From: Spizellomyces punctatus DAOM BR117
Lineage: Eukaryota
NCBI GenBank assembly: GCA_000182565.2
Contig: KQ257450.1
Strand: one strand, 5' to 3'
DNA length: 64,000 nt
Both the position numbers and the translations under genes were made by a program. This document shows, in pieces, positions 32,625 to 45,362 of this stretch. Under the pieces are notes generated by a model. It searched no databases and was not told the origin of the DNA. It saw only the letters and a list, made by a program, of their open reading frames with translations. Position 1 is the first letter of the stretch. Each line of letters opens with the position of its first letter.

Positions 32625-35600
32625 CTAGTTGTTCTTTGCTATGGCCTTTCTCATCTCTACTGCAAAAGCAAATGCTACGGACACAGGCACTCCGTTCCCC
32701 ACCTGCCCATACTGTGCACTCAAGAGTCCTTTTAGCTCAAATGAATCTGGTGCAGCTGTAGGTGGAATGTGATTAGAATTAGAATATATACAGAGTGATT
32801 CAAAACACATACGCACATTGCAGTCTTAACATTTCGCGTACAGTAAAGGCGCGATTAAACAATGGGTGGAGTCCCACCTACCGAAAATAACGCATGAATA
32901 ACATGATAAATAGTCAGACATTGAGGGGAATGAGATTCTTACTTTGAAAGCATCTTTAACTACCGTAGATGCTACCCCCCGCCACAAGGGTCGCTTAAAA
33001 TAGAGGGGGTGTCCTTTGGGTGATTCCTAATTCAAAATACAATTATAAGAATCGGGTCTATTTCCGGCGAGACTTTTTTCACTTGCATAAGCTTCCTCGC
33101 CTTGCCGGATCAGGTGTGCTCGTTTGCTGAGAAATATGTTACTCATAAACGTAGATGAGTTTGGACTCGCTATGTGAATTTACCTGACGGAAGAAGGGAG
33201 AGTCTGAGAAATGTGGAGAGGATCGTCATAGAGCTAGTGAATGTGTGTATGTGTGTGAATACGCGTATGGTGGTTAGCGTGTCGAATAAACAATGAAAGT
33301 CATTTAAGCTCCTTTTACCTTGAGGAACACCAAATCTCCCAACACATCGGCAAGCGTTCTGGGACCAAAAAGTGCATTGGTAGGGTCCGGTGTAGCAAGG
33401 CTCGATTTCCTACCCATTTTTGCAAAACGTCAGTCAATATAGTAGAACCCTTCACAATATAATAAACAAACCAAGTACTTTATCTCATTCCCAGCCATTC
33501 GATGTGTTGCTCGAACCTCATCTGGCAATATACTATTCTCTGGCGCCGCAACCAAAAAGACCCGAGGCCGCTCTTGGGGGCATCCCATCGAGGGGGCGTT
33601 GACGATTGTCGCACGCACTTGGTGACCAGACGTGAGTAGCGCAAGGAGGTACAGGTCAAAAGATCTGAGATAAGCGAAATTGGACAGAATTCCCCTAAAT
33701 TGATTCATGATTACATGAAATAAACTGATTAAAAACACTCATCAGCACATGGCACTTACGGGACATTTTCGAAAAAGACATAATGAGGCTCCAAAGTAAC
33801 ATGGTACGATGCATCCTGCACTAACAAGAGCCGAGTATACTGCATGGAGGTCTCATTGCGTCTGTGGTTGAGCTTTGTAAACGCTACGCATGGGACCGTG
33901 GAGGCAATGACCATGACCGGCTTTTTGCACAGTCCGGGAGCTCATATCAGTACAAGTATTTTTATGCAAGCGCATACCCGCAAAATGGAGGCTCATACCT
34001 TGGCCAATATCTCTTTTCCTTGAACGTGATTTTGCAAAATCTCTGTCGCATCTCCACCGGGATGGAATTTGTACAAGTCTTGCATGTACGATGGGAGGAT
34101 GGTGCCCGGTGTGGAGCTGTTGGCCACATTGGAGCGAAGCGAATGGCGGTCCGATTCGACGATCCTAGGTGTAAGAGTTTGAACATTTTCAAAACGAAAA
34201 TGCGCATTTACTCTCCCTGTACCAAGCAGCGCTTCGTTTACCATCACATCACTTACCATCCTTTGGGAAATCCGGCCATTTCAAACCCGTACCCCGATAA
34301 ACCTGCTCCTGCAAATAGTTCATTTATGCATGTACCCACAGGTAGAGGATACTTTTGTCGCAAACTCGGATACTGGGCCTCATATATTGTATTGTGTCCG
34401 ATGTGGTGTAACGATTTTGTGCGCACGTCATATTCGTGACGAAAAAAAAGCTATAAACAAATATGAGTGTATTGCTTAAACTAACCAGTTATAAATAATG
34501 GGGTTTTACCAGGTAGCATGGGACACTGTTGGGATGATATCCAGCCAAATACAATGGCCTCGTCCCATAAGGAAGAAACTCCATCTCGAGCGGGATGGGT
34601 TCCCGATCCGAGAAATAGCTTGATATCTTGACTTGCAGAACAAACTCGTTCTCAAGGGGATCCAACGGAGAACAGTCTGGACACTTGACGCCATTTGCAA
34701 GGATGGATCGAATGGGACGAAAAACATGTCCAGTATATCGTGTCATATTCTCTGTTTTTTCGACACACTTGACGGACATCACAATACGCCTTGGTCCACA
34801 CTTGAGACCGACTACACGCGCAAAACCCTTCTTGGCCTCCCATGATGAATCCTCTTCTTGTTTCTCGTGTTCAGAGTAACTGACGAACGTTGCGGGAGGG
34901 GTAAACTTCCATCGACACCATATATGGTCATGCAGGTTTGGACATGATTCGGGGCGGGAGTGGATTGTGACTTTTTTGACGATGGAATTGATGGGAATGT
35001 GTGTTTTAGATTGTTCAGAGGTTGCAAAGTACCAGCGCGTATCGAGGAGGGTTTTACGGAGGAGTTCAATGGGTATATGTTCTTCGGGGGTTTGTTGGGA
35101 ATGACTGGGCTATACAAACAGGTGCAATTTCGTCATGTCAAAACATGAAACACGCTGTATAAACACATTACAAAATACCTTGAAGATACTCTCTGAGAAC
35201 CTGATCTCATCCACTCTACGCATCCACTCTACAACCACACTCATCCGGGTCCCCGTTTTCCGGAACCCAATGATCCGTCCATACCCATATTGGTCCTTTA
35301 GTGCGAGTACGACATGGTCTCCGGTAGAGTATGGCACATTCTTACTATGGGCGAATGTATACATATCCGTTTCGCGAGAGAGTAATTCAAAACGGCAGTA
35401 GGGTTTAGGTGTCAAAGGCGGTGGTGTGTCTTCACGAAAGATGGGCCGGATAATATCTCGGTCTGTTTAGTGTTTATTTTATTATTTATGCATTAGAAAG
35501 GCTGACGTTGGTCGTAAAGAATCTACTTACCTGGCGTATTAAAATACTCAATGTTGAAATCCCGGTCCTCGAAGAGTTTTTCCACCTGAAAGAGTTTTGC

Positions 35601-36968
35601 TACCCATTCGTGGATGTAGAGCGTATAGCTGACTGCGAGAAGCGGATCCTTTTTCTGTAGTTTTGACACATTGGTAAGTACTCAAGGTAAAATAAACACA
35701 CGAGGCAGAGTGACGTACATCAATCACCGATGCAGACGTGGTAAAGTCATTGAAAATGGGATCTGTTGATGTGATTATAAACATTAACAGACTCGCAGCC
35801 ATAAATGTTCGGAATCAAAAAGATCTCGCACCGTAAAATGCCGCATAGCGTTCTTCTAGTTCACCGACCTTTGTACCCTTTACACAAGCAAGATCTTCTA
35901 CGCCGACTTGCCAAAGGATGTCTCGTTCAACGTACACGACATTGTAAAGTTCTACCGAAATGGCGTCAACAGGTAAGCAGACATGGATAACAAAATAGAG
36001 CACAAATTAACGCACTGTTTCGCGCGATACCGAGGTCTGCAATGACCTTTCTGGCGCATCGGAGTCCCCTCCAAAAGGTCAAGACCTCCTGAAGTGTCCT
36101 TTCCGGGCTCGTTTCAATGCATCGACTAGTATGTGTAATAAATTCAATACCCAACAAAAGGAAACAGTACAAATCAGGGTGCTCACACTATTGATTTCGC
36201 CATTCGTGCCCTAGCAGCATCTTTGATCCAAATAGGCCGATACCTCTTGGACGGCTCCATGAATGCCAACCAAACCTCTTGAGGAGGCTCGCCCATCGCC
36301 ATATCCCTGACCCGACAGTGGATTTGTACAGTCCATTCAAGACTGGTAATATCCAACGGTGCCGAGAGCGACACGTTATCAATTGGAATCTAAAAAAGTA
36401 ATCAACAAAGCAAATAAACATGCTAACAGTGCGGTTATACCTTCAAGAGTTTCTGATCACATTTCACCCGTCCAATAGCCCACAACCCCCCTTCCTTTGT
36501 TGATTTATTGCCACACTTGAAATTCGCATGACAGAGCGTCTCAAATTTCGTCTCTTCTTTATTGACAATTTCAAAGTCGTGGACCTCAATTTCGGCCCAT
36601 GGAATGTCATCATCGATAAATTCTGCGTACTAGCCTTGCTTCAGTGTACGGTTACATTTATGTATGTTTAGGTACTTACTTCCATAGAAGGAACCGCTAA
36701 TTGATCCAGAGTATACAATGCTTCATCTCGATGGTGGTATTCAACTGGAACCGTACCCTCCGATTCATCCACCCCCTTCATTTTGTCATCCTCCTCTGAC
36801 GACGCCGATGACAATGACGATACCGAAACACTGTCTTCATCAGCCACAAGATGAACCCCTTCCCACTCCGTATCGCTCATGCTGTCTACCAAATCAATCA
36901 CCTAGCCAGTCATTAACAACAGGAACCTCTCGATAATGCGTTCACAACCTTACCTCCATTATTGTCAT
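32625..36968 (-). CDS. DNMT1/DIM-2-like DNA (cytosine-5) methyltransferase with RFD-like and BAH domains, many exons
   Basis: Motif I ELFAGAGLSGYGFEMAG (~34320), II WIVESD, IV STVPCVAFT (~33900), VI FFENVP (~33770), VIII MGCPQERPRVF, IX RAFTVREMLRLQ, X QYGQVGNGVP. BAH-like YSTGDHVVL..YGRII..VEWMRR; RFD-like MEPSKRYRPIW. Start position approximate. Confidence 0.87.
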
Positions 36969-37533
36969 GTACAGAAACAAGAAGAAGGTCAAGGCAGTGA
37001 TAAATGTTGGAAGCTTTTTATACAGAAAGTAAGCTACTCTGTGTAAATAAATCACTTACTGATCATGGACGTGTAAGCACATTCCAACCATCAGCACCAC
37101 GTGACATTGGGCATTAGAACAGTTGGATATGGGAAACGCACCAGGGTTTATTAAACAATGCGTATGGATGCTGATAATGAAACATGTATCTCCCTCTAAT
37201 CCTAAGGGCTGATTTTCTCTAGGGGTATTTGTTGTATAAACGGGATCATGGGCTCGTTGTGTGCACATGTAAGTTCAGGTGGAAGGGATGGGATACACTG
37301 TTGAAGACGCCTTTGGTTGGGAGTTTGTGGATTGGTATTCGATCATTCGAGTAGGATTTTGAAAACAGGTGACGTTGACACTTGAAAGATCAATTGAGAA
37401 ATCCGCGAATGGATGAGTTAGTTAAGAATTTGCTGGAACACTTTCGATAATTAGTGTACTTTCATAGTGAATGGACGAACTAGGATAATAAAGAACCTAT
37501 ATCAGAAACGACTGCGCTCATCCGAGATACATA

Positions 37534-38475
37534 GTGTGGAGGCGATTGAAAAGGGCACTAGGACCCATTATTATCCGGATTAATCCGGTTAATCATATCG
37601 CATAATCAGAACCCCCCTCTATCGCTCAGATTGGTGTGGCATGTATTGTAATGTTTTTTTTTTAAACTGCGGTGAGGCGCATGCCAAAGGTCTATAAAAG
37701 GGGGACCTCTTCCCTCTTTCCTCTTTACCCATCCTCGACTCGAAGCATCTGCGCAACGCTCATTGCGACCCACACAACCTCATCGCGACTCGGTCAACCA
37801 TGAGAACGCCGATGTGGTGGTGTCGAGGACCTCGACCGCCCGACAGCAACCGTGATCAGAACCAGCGGCAACCAATTGGATCCGATAACAAAACCTACTA
37901 TTATACTGCCACATTAGTTGAGCTTGGTTGGTATGTATCGATGGCATTTCTTGCATTTCTTGTCATCGGGTCACCTCGCTGACATGCAGTTTTTTTAGTC
38001 TCCAAGCCTTTGTCACTGAAAATCCACCAGCTTGTGACGCTGCCCAGTCGATTCGCTCCTGGATGCAAGAGTCTGGCTTCAATGCCATCAAGAGTTCTGG
38101 ATCAAGGCCTAGTAGGGACCGCGTGTGGTGGTGGGCAATTATCCGGTTAGAACAACCGTTACGTATTGCGTGTATAATTGCCTAGTAGTAGCTTAGTTAG
38201 CTTTTCCGAACCGGTTGTCGCCGGTTCACTCCCTGGTGTAGTAGCTAGTGCCAGTTTCTGTCACCTCTACACTAATCTTGAATGCTTAGCCGATGTGGAG
38301 ATCCCCAGGGTTTTCGTGTCCTGTTCATCTGGTAATCCCCGCCAACTCAATCCTGCACATTCTCCGATTCTCCTCGTCCGGTGTCCGACGATATTATCTC
38401 CAGGTAGTTTGTACTGTATCCCGTTGCGTGACCCTTCATACATGGCTGACGGGTAACACGGCCGGCGTTGGAACA
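37534..38475 (+). mobile_element. Possible solo LTR or other non-coding retroelement relic
   Basis: About 0.9 kb with no credible ORF. Begins TGT(GG) and can end ACA. Internal tctataaaagggggac followed by a pyrimidine tract, and tagtagcttagttagc-type sequence. No clean target-site duplication found. Confidence 0.25.
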
Positions 38476-38801
38476 AATAACCAAAATTTCTATTCTTGAT
38501 TGGACGATAATACATACACAGAATTGCATTCTAGTTGTGGCATCTATTATACAGACATACATCATTCAAACTTCTATTAAAATCATGGTGGGCGCGAAAG
38601 GTCGGGGGGGGGGGGGTCGGGATGAAGGGCACGCCGGCTTGGGGAGTACGGGACGGACGACAAAAGGATATCAACAAACGAACTGCTGCCTTTGGCAAGT
38701 CCTGTCCGCTAGAGGGCTCTGAAGCCACCTACGTCCCTGTTGTACATGGATGCACCGTAAGAGATGGAGAGGTAACACAATGGATTCCGTCCCTTCGCTC
38801 T

Positions 38802-40923
38802 TCATAACAGTCCGCTCCGAGCTGTACCGTATATTTGCGAATCCGTCAAATCCGTGCATCCAGGTCCCATCGCATTGGCCAATTGGAATCCCCGTCGCGT
38901 TAAGATATCGTTAATGGGTGACGCGAGTTGCACCGTTTCATTGGCACGATCGTGCTCCAGCAGGATGAAATTTGGGAACATCTTGCCTGCATCCAGCGCC
39001 TGTTCTAAATTGACTAAAACTTGCGCAGAGTCTGCTTCTGTATCTGTGTAGTCATATGTGGCATCTCTTGGAGAGAGGTTCCATAGCACTGCACGGTAAT
39101 CGAGTTGGGTCAGGACTGTGCGGACTCGATCATCAATGTCCCCAAAAGGCGGGCTGTAACGCGCAAACAAAGGATTAGTTGCACTGTCGGTCAATAACGC
39201 ATATTATGTAGCGTACCGAAATAATCTGGGCCGGATATTTAAAGCTTTTGTGATGGCCAATTCCGTCCAAAGCAGATCCGCAATGAGCATTTCGGTGGTC
39301 ATGTTGGACGCTGGAAAATGACTCCAGGTATGCGATGCAATTGTATGACCCTCCGCATAAGCTCGCTGCAGGATTCTCGGGTACTGCACGACATGAGATC
39401 CTAAAATTCCTCACAATCAGAACGCGTTCCCAATACGATCCTCAAATGTCACATCTCACCAATCACAAAGAACGTCGCTGTCAGGTTTTTGCTTTTCAGA
39501 AAATCCAGCAACTGCGCTGTGTATTCGCTTGGTCCGTCGTCAAATGTCAACCCAATCGTATTGTTATATTGTGGGGAACAACTCGATATGTCGGTGCCTT
39601 CATTGCCATCACGCAAACAATTTCGGACTGTACCCGCAACAGTTTGCTTTTCACTAATAACAAGATTAGCTCATTCATTCATTATGTCACGAAAGCAATG
39701 TGTTCATCTTACCAGCTCCACCAGCAACTACAGCCATCTGCATTAGTACATGGCTTATTAACGAATGCATTCGACAATGGCCACCCGGCTGCACAGCTGA
39801 ATCTCCGAATGTCTGGTTTAACCCCATAAGGCGCTACAAGGGACAGATTGACAAGTGCTGTCCATGACGGTTTTGGTGGAGGCGGAGTATTCAACATGGG
39901 CCAGTCAGCTCTGAGAACAAGAGTTTATACCTTGCGGTCATCTTCATTACACAAGACAAAAGCATCCACATACCCAGCCAGATATCCACCACGAGAAAAG
40001 GCTTCTGAATTATCGCATTTGCCAAACTTACTTTGGCAGCCGAAAAACTAGTTTGCAAAAAGGCATTTGCCGGATGATGTCAAAAGAGGTTATACGGATG
40101 CCAAAATACCAATTGATTCAACTCACAGTAGCACAGCCCCTCATTTCATTCACGCAGAACCCATTCGAGTTACAACATAGGGAATCTGGGCACCGTGTGC
40201 CAAACTGTATTCCGCATTCGGATCGGTTGGTAGTTACTGGAATGTCACTCGTTCTGGCATTGTCGCAGATCCCGTACCGGTCTTGACAACGTGGCTTACT
40301 GTAGAAGAAACAAAGATATTGGTATGTCGCCTGCAGTATACTACCAAAGGATGCGTGACTGCCAAACCTGCAAAAGTAGTCTCCCAATCCACATAATCCC
40401 CTGTAGGACGGAAAGTCGTTGAGGACGAGGAAACTCTACGGTATCAATACCCTCTCCAACACTTTACGCACCCAGCAGAACAGCACTTTCGATCTGGACA
40501 TCGAGTACCTTGTGATGGCCCACAATGCGTTGCGTTTATAGGTAACGAGAAGTCAATGCGGTTGTTGTATAATTCATATGTGGCCCCGGTGTCTACAAAG
40601 TCTAGGAGTATACTCAGCAATCAGAATATACTGTGAAGACGCAAATAGCGTCCATACCGTTGTCGCGCTGACTCAAGACCAGATAGATGACCCATCCTGG
40701 ATGCGATTTGGTTAGGGTTCTCTGTCACCACCGTCGTCGGCCACTTAAAGACACAATGCTTCATACCAGCTGCAAAGAGGATAATCACCGCCCAGACTTG
40801 CCATCGTCGTAAGAGTCGGCAGGCACGTCGCTTTAGTGATGGTGGGGAAGGATCCACTAATGTCAAAATAGGTTTTGGATTCGTGCGGGGTTGCATAGCA
40901 GGGTCGACAGCCGTTGAATACAT
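38802..40923 (-). CDS. Polysaccharide/chitin deacetylase (CE4, NodB) with N-terminal membrane anchor and two hevein-like (CBM18) domains, multi-exon
   Basis: IGLTFDDGP (~39540), [36 protein letters not shown]. Chitin-binding modules [16 protein letters not shown] and [21 protein letters not shown]. Anchor [13 protein letters not shown]. 5' end uncertain. Confidence 0.88.
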
Positions 40924-41980
40924 TGAAAAAAACGTTCAAGTCATTCTGGTCAAAACGTTGCCAACCTCGTCAAGTTCAAGTCCCAACAGCGAGGAATTCC
41001 TGCTTACATCATCTGGTAAAAAGTTTTTCGTTTGGCAAATTGAAAAATGGGCAAAATTATCCCGCCTTCCCTTTTCCCCATCCAAGGATCCAATTTAAGC
41101 TTCATGACATCACATGAGGCTTTTGCTTGCGCTACGACCAAGAACAAGCTCAATGGACAAAAGGACGGCTTATTATAGGACAGCCAACCCGATGTGTGTG
41201 TTTTACTAAAAGCAATGGCATTGACTTGTCTTGGCTCATGCTTGGCTCTTGTTTTCAATGAGGCCAATGTGCTCCTTTCAGGCGACTGATTTCTCCTTTA
41301 TTTACCGATTCTACGCTTGGTCATAATGACCCAAGGGTCATCATCAAGGGTCGGCATGATCCCTCTCTACTTTTGTTTCCTCACTTGCAGTGAACGACCA
41401 TGGGCCTTAAGAATGCCCCTTCCACCCTCCAGTGGCCTGTTGAGCCGCTGCCCAATGTAATCAACTTGATGGAAATGGGAAAAATAAATGATCGGCATGC
41501 GCCACGTTGGATCAACCGGAACTTCCGTCCTCGGGGCCGAAAGCCAGTCAATTTTGACTTTAAAGTAAATTTAGATTTGGGAGACAAAAAACTAAACCCC
41601 AATTTTTGTCCGAAGGGCCGAACGCAACTTTAATCGCCGCGCCCGCCCTGCACGATTATTTCACAGCCGCCAAAATGCAATTTCGTTTATTTTTTTTTGG
41701 CGCTAACGCTTTTTTATTTTATTTTTTTGTTGTGCTGAGAGTGGAACTTTAAAGAAACCGACGTTTTGCATGCAAACAAAAAACCATTTTCTCCATGTGC
41801 TACTCTGCGCCCTGCTGCAGAACTTTTATTTTCTTGCCGAGATGGTTGGACAATCCGGAACGATTCGGATTCTCTTTTTGTCCAGATCGATATTGTGCCC
41901 TTGGCCTTTGTCCAAAGGGCCAGAAAAAAAAGGAATAACCTGCTCCAACTCGTGCTGGCTACTCCGTGCAGTACAACGAA

Positions 41981-44201
41981 ATGGACTCTAGACTAGAGGA
42001 AGAGGACACGGTGGGCATGCTTGAAGATGTCCATCGCAAGCAAAGGTAAGCGATACGGACACTTTGAAAAGCATTAGCTGGAAGCACTAGAGTGCAAATG
42101 TGGCTGCGACGTGGTACTTTTGCTCACATACTGGGCAACTTGACTAGCTAGAGTCGCGGGCCCTCGCATCATGAATTGCGTACTAATAATACGTTATGGT
42201 TTATCTCCAGACGTTCTTACCATGACGGTGGCAGGCGGACATCCTTGGTTCGCTCTTTGAGTACCCTCAGTAAAAAGGACGCAGCTATTGATCCGTCGTC
42301 CTTGGAGCGAGGTACAGGGAAATACCAGATCCTAGATGAAAAATATGAAAAACCTCCCACTACTACTCTGCATCGCTCTGTAAGCACTCTCAGCCGGGCT
42401 GTGGGCTTGCAGCGCTCAGCAAGTAGGGCCAGTAAAAAGAGTATAAGCGATCGAAGCGGGCGCGCTTGTTGGGAAAAATGGTAGATATGCGCGCAAGTGG
42501 TTGGTGTACTCTGGTGAAAATGCTCACATATTATCTCCTATAAGGGTGTTCATTGGGTCCTTTATTGCGGTCAACGCGGGGCTTATCGTTATGGTTTTCT
42601 TTGTCCGTTTCGAATTGTACGTATGGTTACTTTCCTTGTCAAATACGATTCGCAGTTTGTGCGTCCTGGCGATTATTATCGGTTCGATATGGGAAGGATT
42701 CAAAAACTGGCAACGCAAGGACAAGACGGCCCTTCTTGCCGCGGAGGGGGCGGCAATCGCCAGCAAGAATGTGTTATGCATTCTACCCTGCTACACGGAA
42801 AGTCGGATGGAGTTACAGAGGACCCTTGATTCCTTTGCTGATCAAGCGGCTACAAAGAATAATCCCAATATGATGATCGCCGTTATTGTCGATGGTCTCG
42901 CCACTGGCAAGGGAAATGATCAACCCACATGGGAGATATGCGCGTCGATTTTGGGTGCGGAGGGAGCGTCATTCGACGAATTTACTTATAAAAGTTGGAA
43001 AGGGAAAAAACTGATGGTGAAATCGATTCGCGGGTACTGGAGAAATATCCCATATGTTCTTCTCATCAAGAACAAAAATTGCGGGAAGAAAGACGGACTT
43101 ATCATGATTCGGGAGTTGGTTCTCGGTTTCAACGGCGGACGGGACCGTGGTTTGGGCCGCTTTGGACATTGGTTTGCCGAAAGCGTAAAGGTCAACGCTG
43201 GCTGGTCAACGATCGACTATTTGGTTGGGACTGACGCAGATACAGTCATTACCCCCGGCTCCGTATTCGTGCTGGTAAAGAAGATGCTGTCCAACGACAA
43301 GCTACTAGGCGTCAGCGGTTTCGTGAAGGCTGATTTAAGTTTGGGGTCTTGCCTTAATCCCTGGATTGCCTATCAATTTTTCGAGTATGTCTATGGACAA
43401 TATCTTACTCGATTTGCGCAAGCCATCTTTCGAAAGGTCACTTGCCTGCCTGGTTGCATTCAAATTGTATCAGCAGACCCAAAACTGTTTGATGTGCCTC
43501 TCGACAAATTCAGCGCCTTGCCAAACCCGGATTCACTGTTTGAATCAGTTGTTGCCTTCCTGGGCGAAGATCGTCGGTTTACATGCCTAGCACTCTACGA
43601 AAACCCAAAGCATCATACTGGCATGTCATTTGAAGCTGTGGGCTTAACCGGGGTACCGCCCAACTCGCGCGTCTTTTTCTCCCAGCGAAGGCGTTGGTTT
43701 CTTTCGGCGCAGGCGAACAATATCAGGGACACGCTCAACTCCAACCTTCCCTTTACTATCCGAATCATTGCTGCCTCCCAAATCCTTGCCTCCGCGATCG
43801 TTCCCTTCATCTTTGTCGCGGTGGTTTATTTCATTACTCGAATGGCCATTAATGGAACACACAAATACTGGATGCTCTTTATCGGTTCCGCGTCGCTTGT
43901 GTGGGTCTACAAGTTTTTCTTGATGGTTACCTACCCGGAAAGCTTCAAGGAAGTCTTTGTCATGTTTTACGGCTTTATCCTTCAAACCTTGTTTTCGGCC
44001 CCGATTCAAGCCTATAACACCATTCACGCTCTCAAAAGTATGGATGACATGGGGTGGGGATTAACGCGTCAAGTGTCCATGGACTTTGACGAGATCAAGG
44101 TTACTACTGATGCGGGGAGCCCGCCTTTGACGGAAGTCCGACCAGAGCCAGTCAACAGATTAGAGACAGCACAAGTCGCCAACCCATTGCTTCCACAATG
44201 A
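41981..44201 (+). CDS. Short chitin-synthase-like GT2 glycosyltransferase (exons 41981-42045, 42211-42480, 42545-44201)
   Basis: LPCYTES, IVDG, KNKNCGKKDG, GTDADT, YQFFEY, VTCLPGC, LGEDRRFT, SQRRRW, DDMGWG. The two phase-2 introns join in frame. Confidence 0.92.
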
Positions 44202-45362
44202 CCGCGATTTGGACAGCTGTTATTTTGATGCATTTTTGTTTATAGACATTATATTGAAGGGATTGCATTTTTTATGGTGCATGGGTAATTATGAGGAGGA
44301 ATCTTGGGCATTGATGGAGTAGAAGTGTGCTGACATTGCGAGATATTTGATGTACATTATACATTCTTTTCTTTCAAATATATTATTCATTCATGATGAG
44401 ATTTCTCTACGATCAGCTGCATGTGGAGTGTCATTCTGCCGAGTGCAGTCTAGGCCATTTTTCTACAATGGTTGGGTAGCAACCCCAGGTGAAAAAAATG
44501 GTCGCACGTACAGAGCGTTAATAGCAAAAATAAGAAAACGATCTTTCTTCATTCAGGGAATTGGGGAACGGGATGCGGCAGAAACGAACCGTGCGTGGAA
44601 ACCCGACAAGCATGGTTTTCAACCTGGGTGAACTACACTGGCGTTTTTTTTTGTGTCAGACGTGTGAATGTGGCTTATGAGACCCCGACTGAGATCTGAA
44701 ATGGTTTCCGTCTCGATCAGATTCCGCCGCCGAACACCATCATGGTTGAGACTACAAACGTGGCCATCCTCCCTTGGCGTATAGTGATATCCCGATGGGC
44801 AACATCATCAGCCCACCAAAGTTCATTACTTTCACACTACGGAGCCGAATTGGGAACTGCTTAAACTATTTCCTTTTTTGGGTCTTCGTTGTCTTTTTCC
44901 GATTGTCTTTTTCAATGCCGTGTTTTTGCATTTTGCATTTCGATCAAAATCTTCGGTCGTTTAAAAGTCGATCGCGTCTCCTACAATGCCGAACAGTTGC
45001 ATCACAAACTTGCTAGTAGCAAAAAACAAAAAACAAAAAATGATTTTTGCAAATACTTTTGAAAACAACGAGCATTTGAAACAAATCGATAGGATTTTCA
45101 TATGTTGCGAGTGCCGAATACAATGAGCTGAGCTGAACAATCCGGGATCTTTGACCAGAAAAGGACCATCTTGGCGATGAAAGTTTTCTGATTCGCCATT
45201 GGGCTCGCAGCTCAGCAAATAGGAAACGGAGCCTGTGTGCGAGATTCCATGTGCGGAAAAAAAAACATCACAGTCTGATGGCACAACAGTAGAAAAAGGA
45301 CGGATCTCCTCCGTATCCTCATTTCCAAAAAGTTTTGTAACCGTTGCTAGCTGAACACCACA

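Noticed and set aside
33864..34439. 191 aa plus-strand ORF
   Set aside because: Antisense shadow of DNMT exons carrying motifs I-IV.
41326..41341. Short hairpin atgaccc-aa-gggtcat in the deacetylase/GT2 divergent promoter
   Set aside because: A 7 bp stem is expected by chance in 64 kb, and there is no other support.
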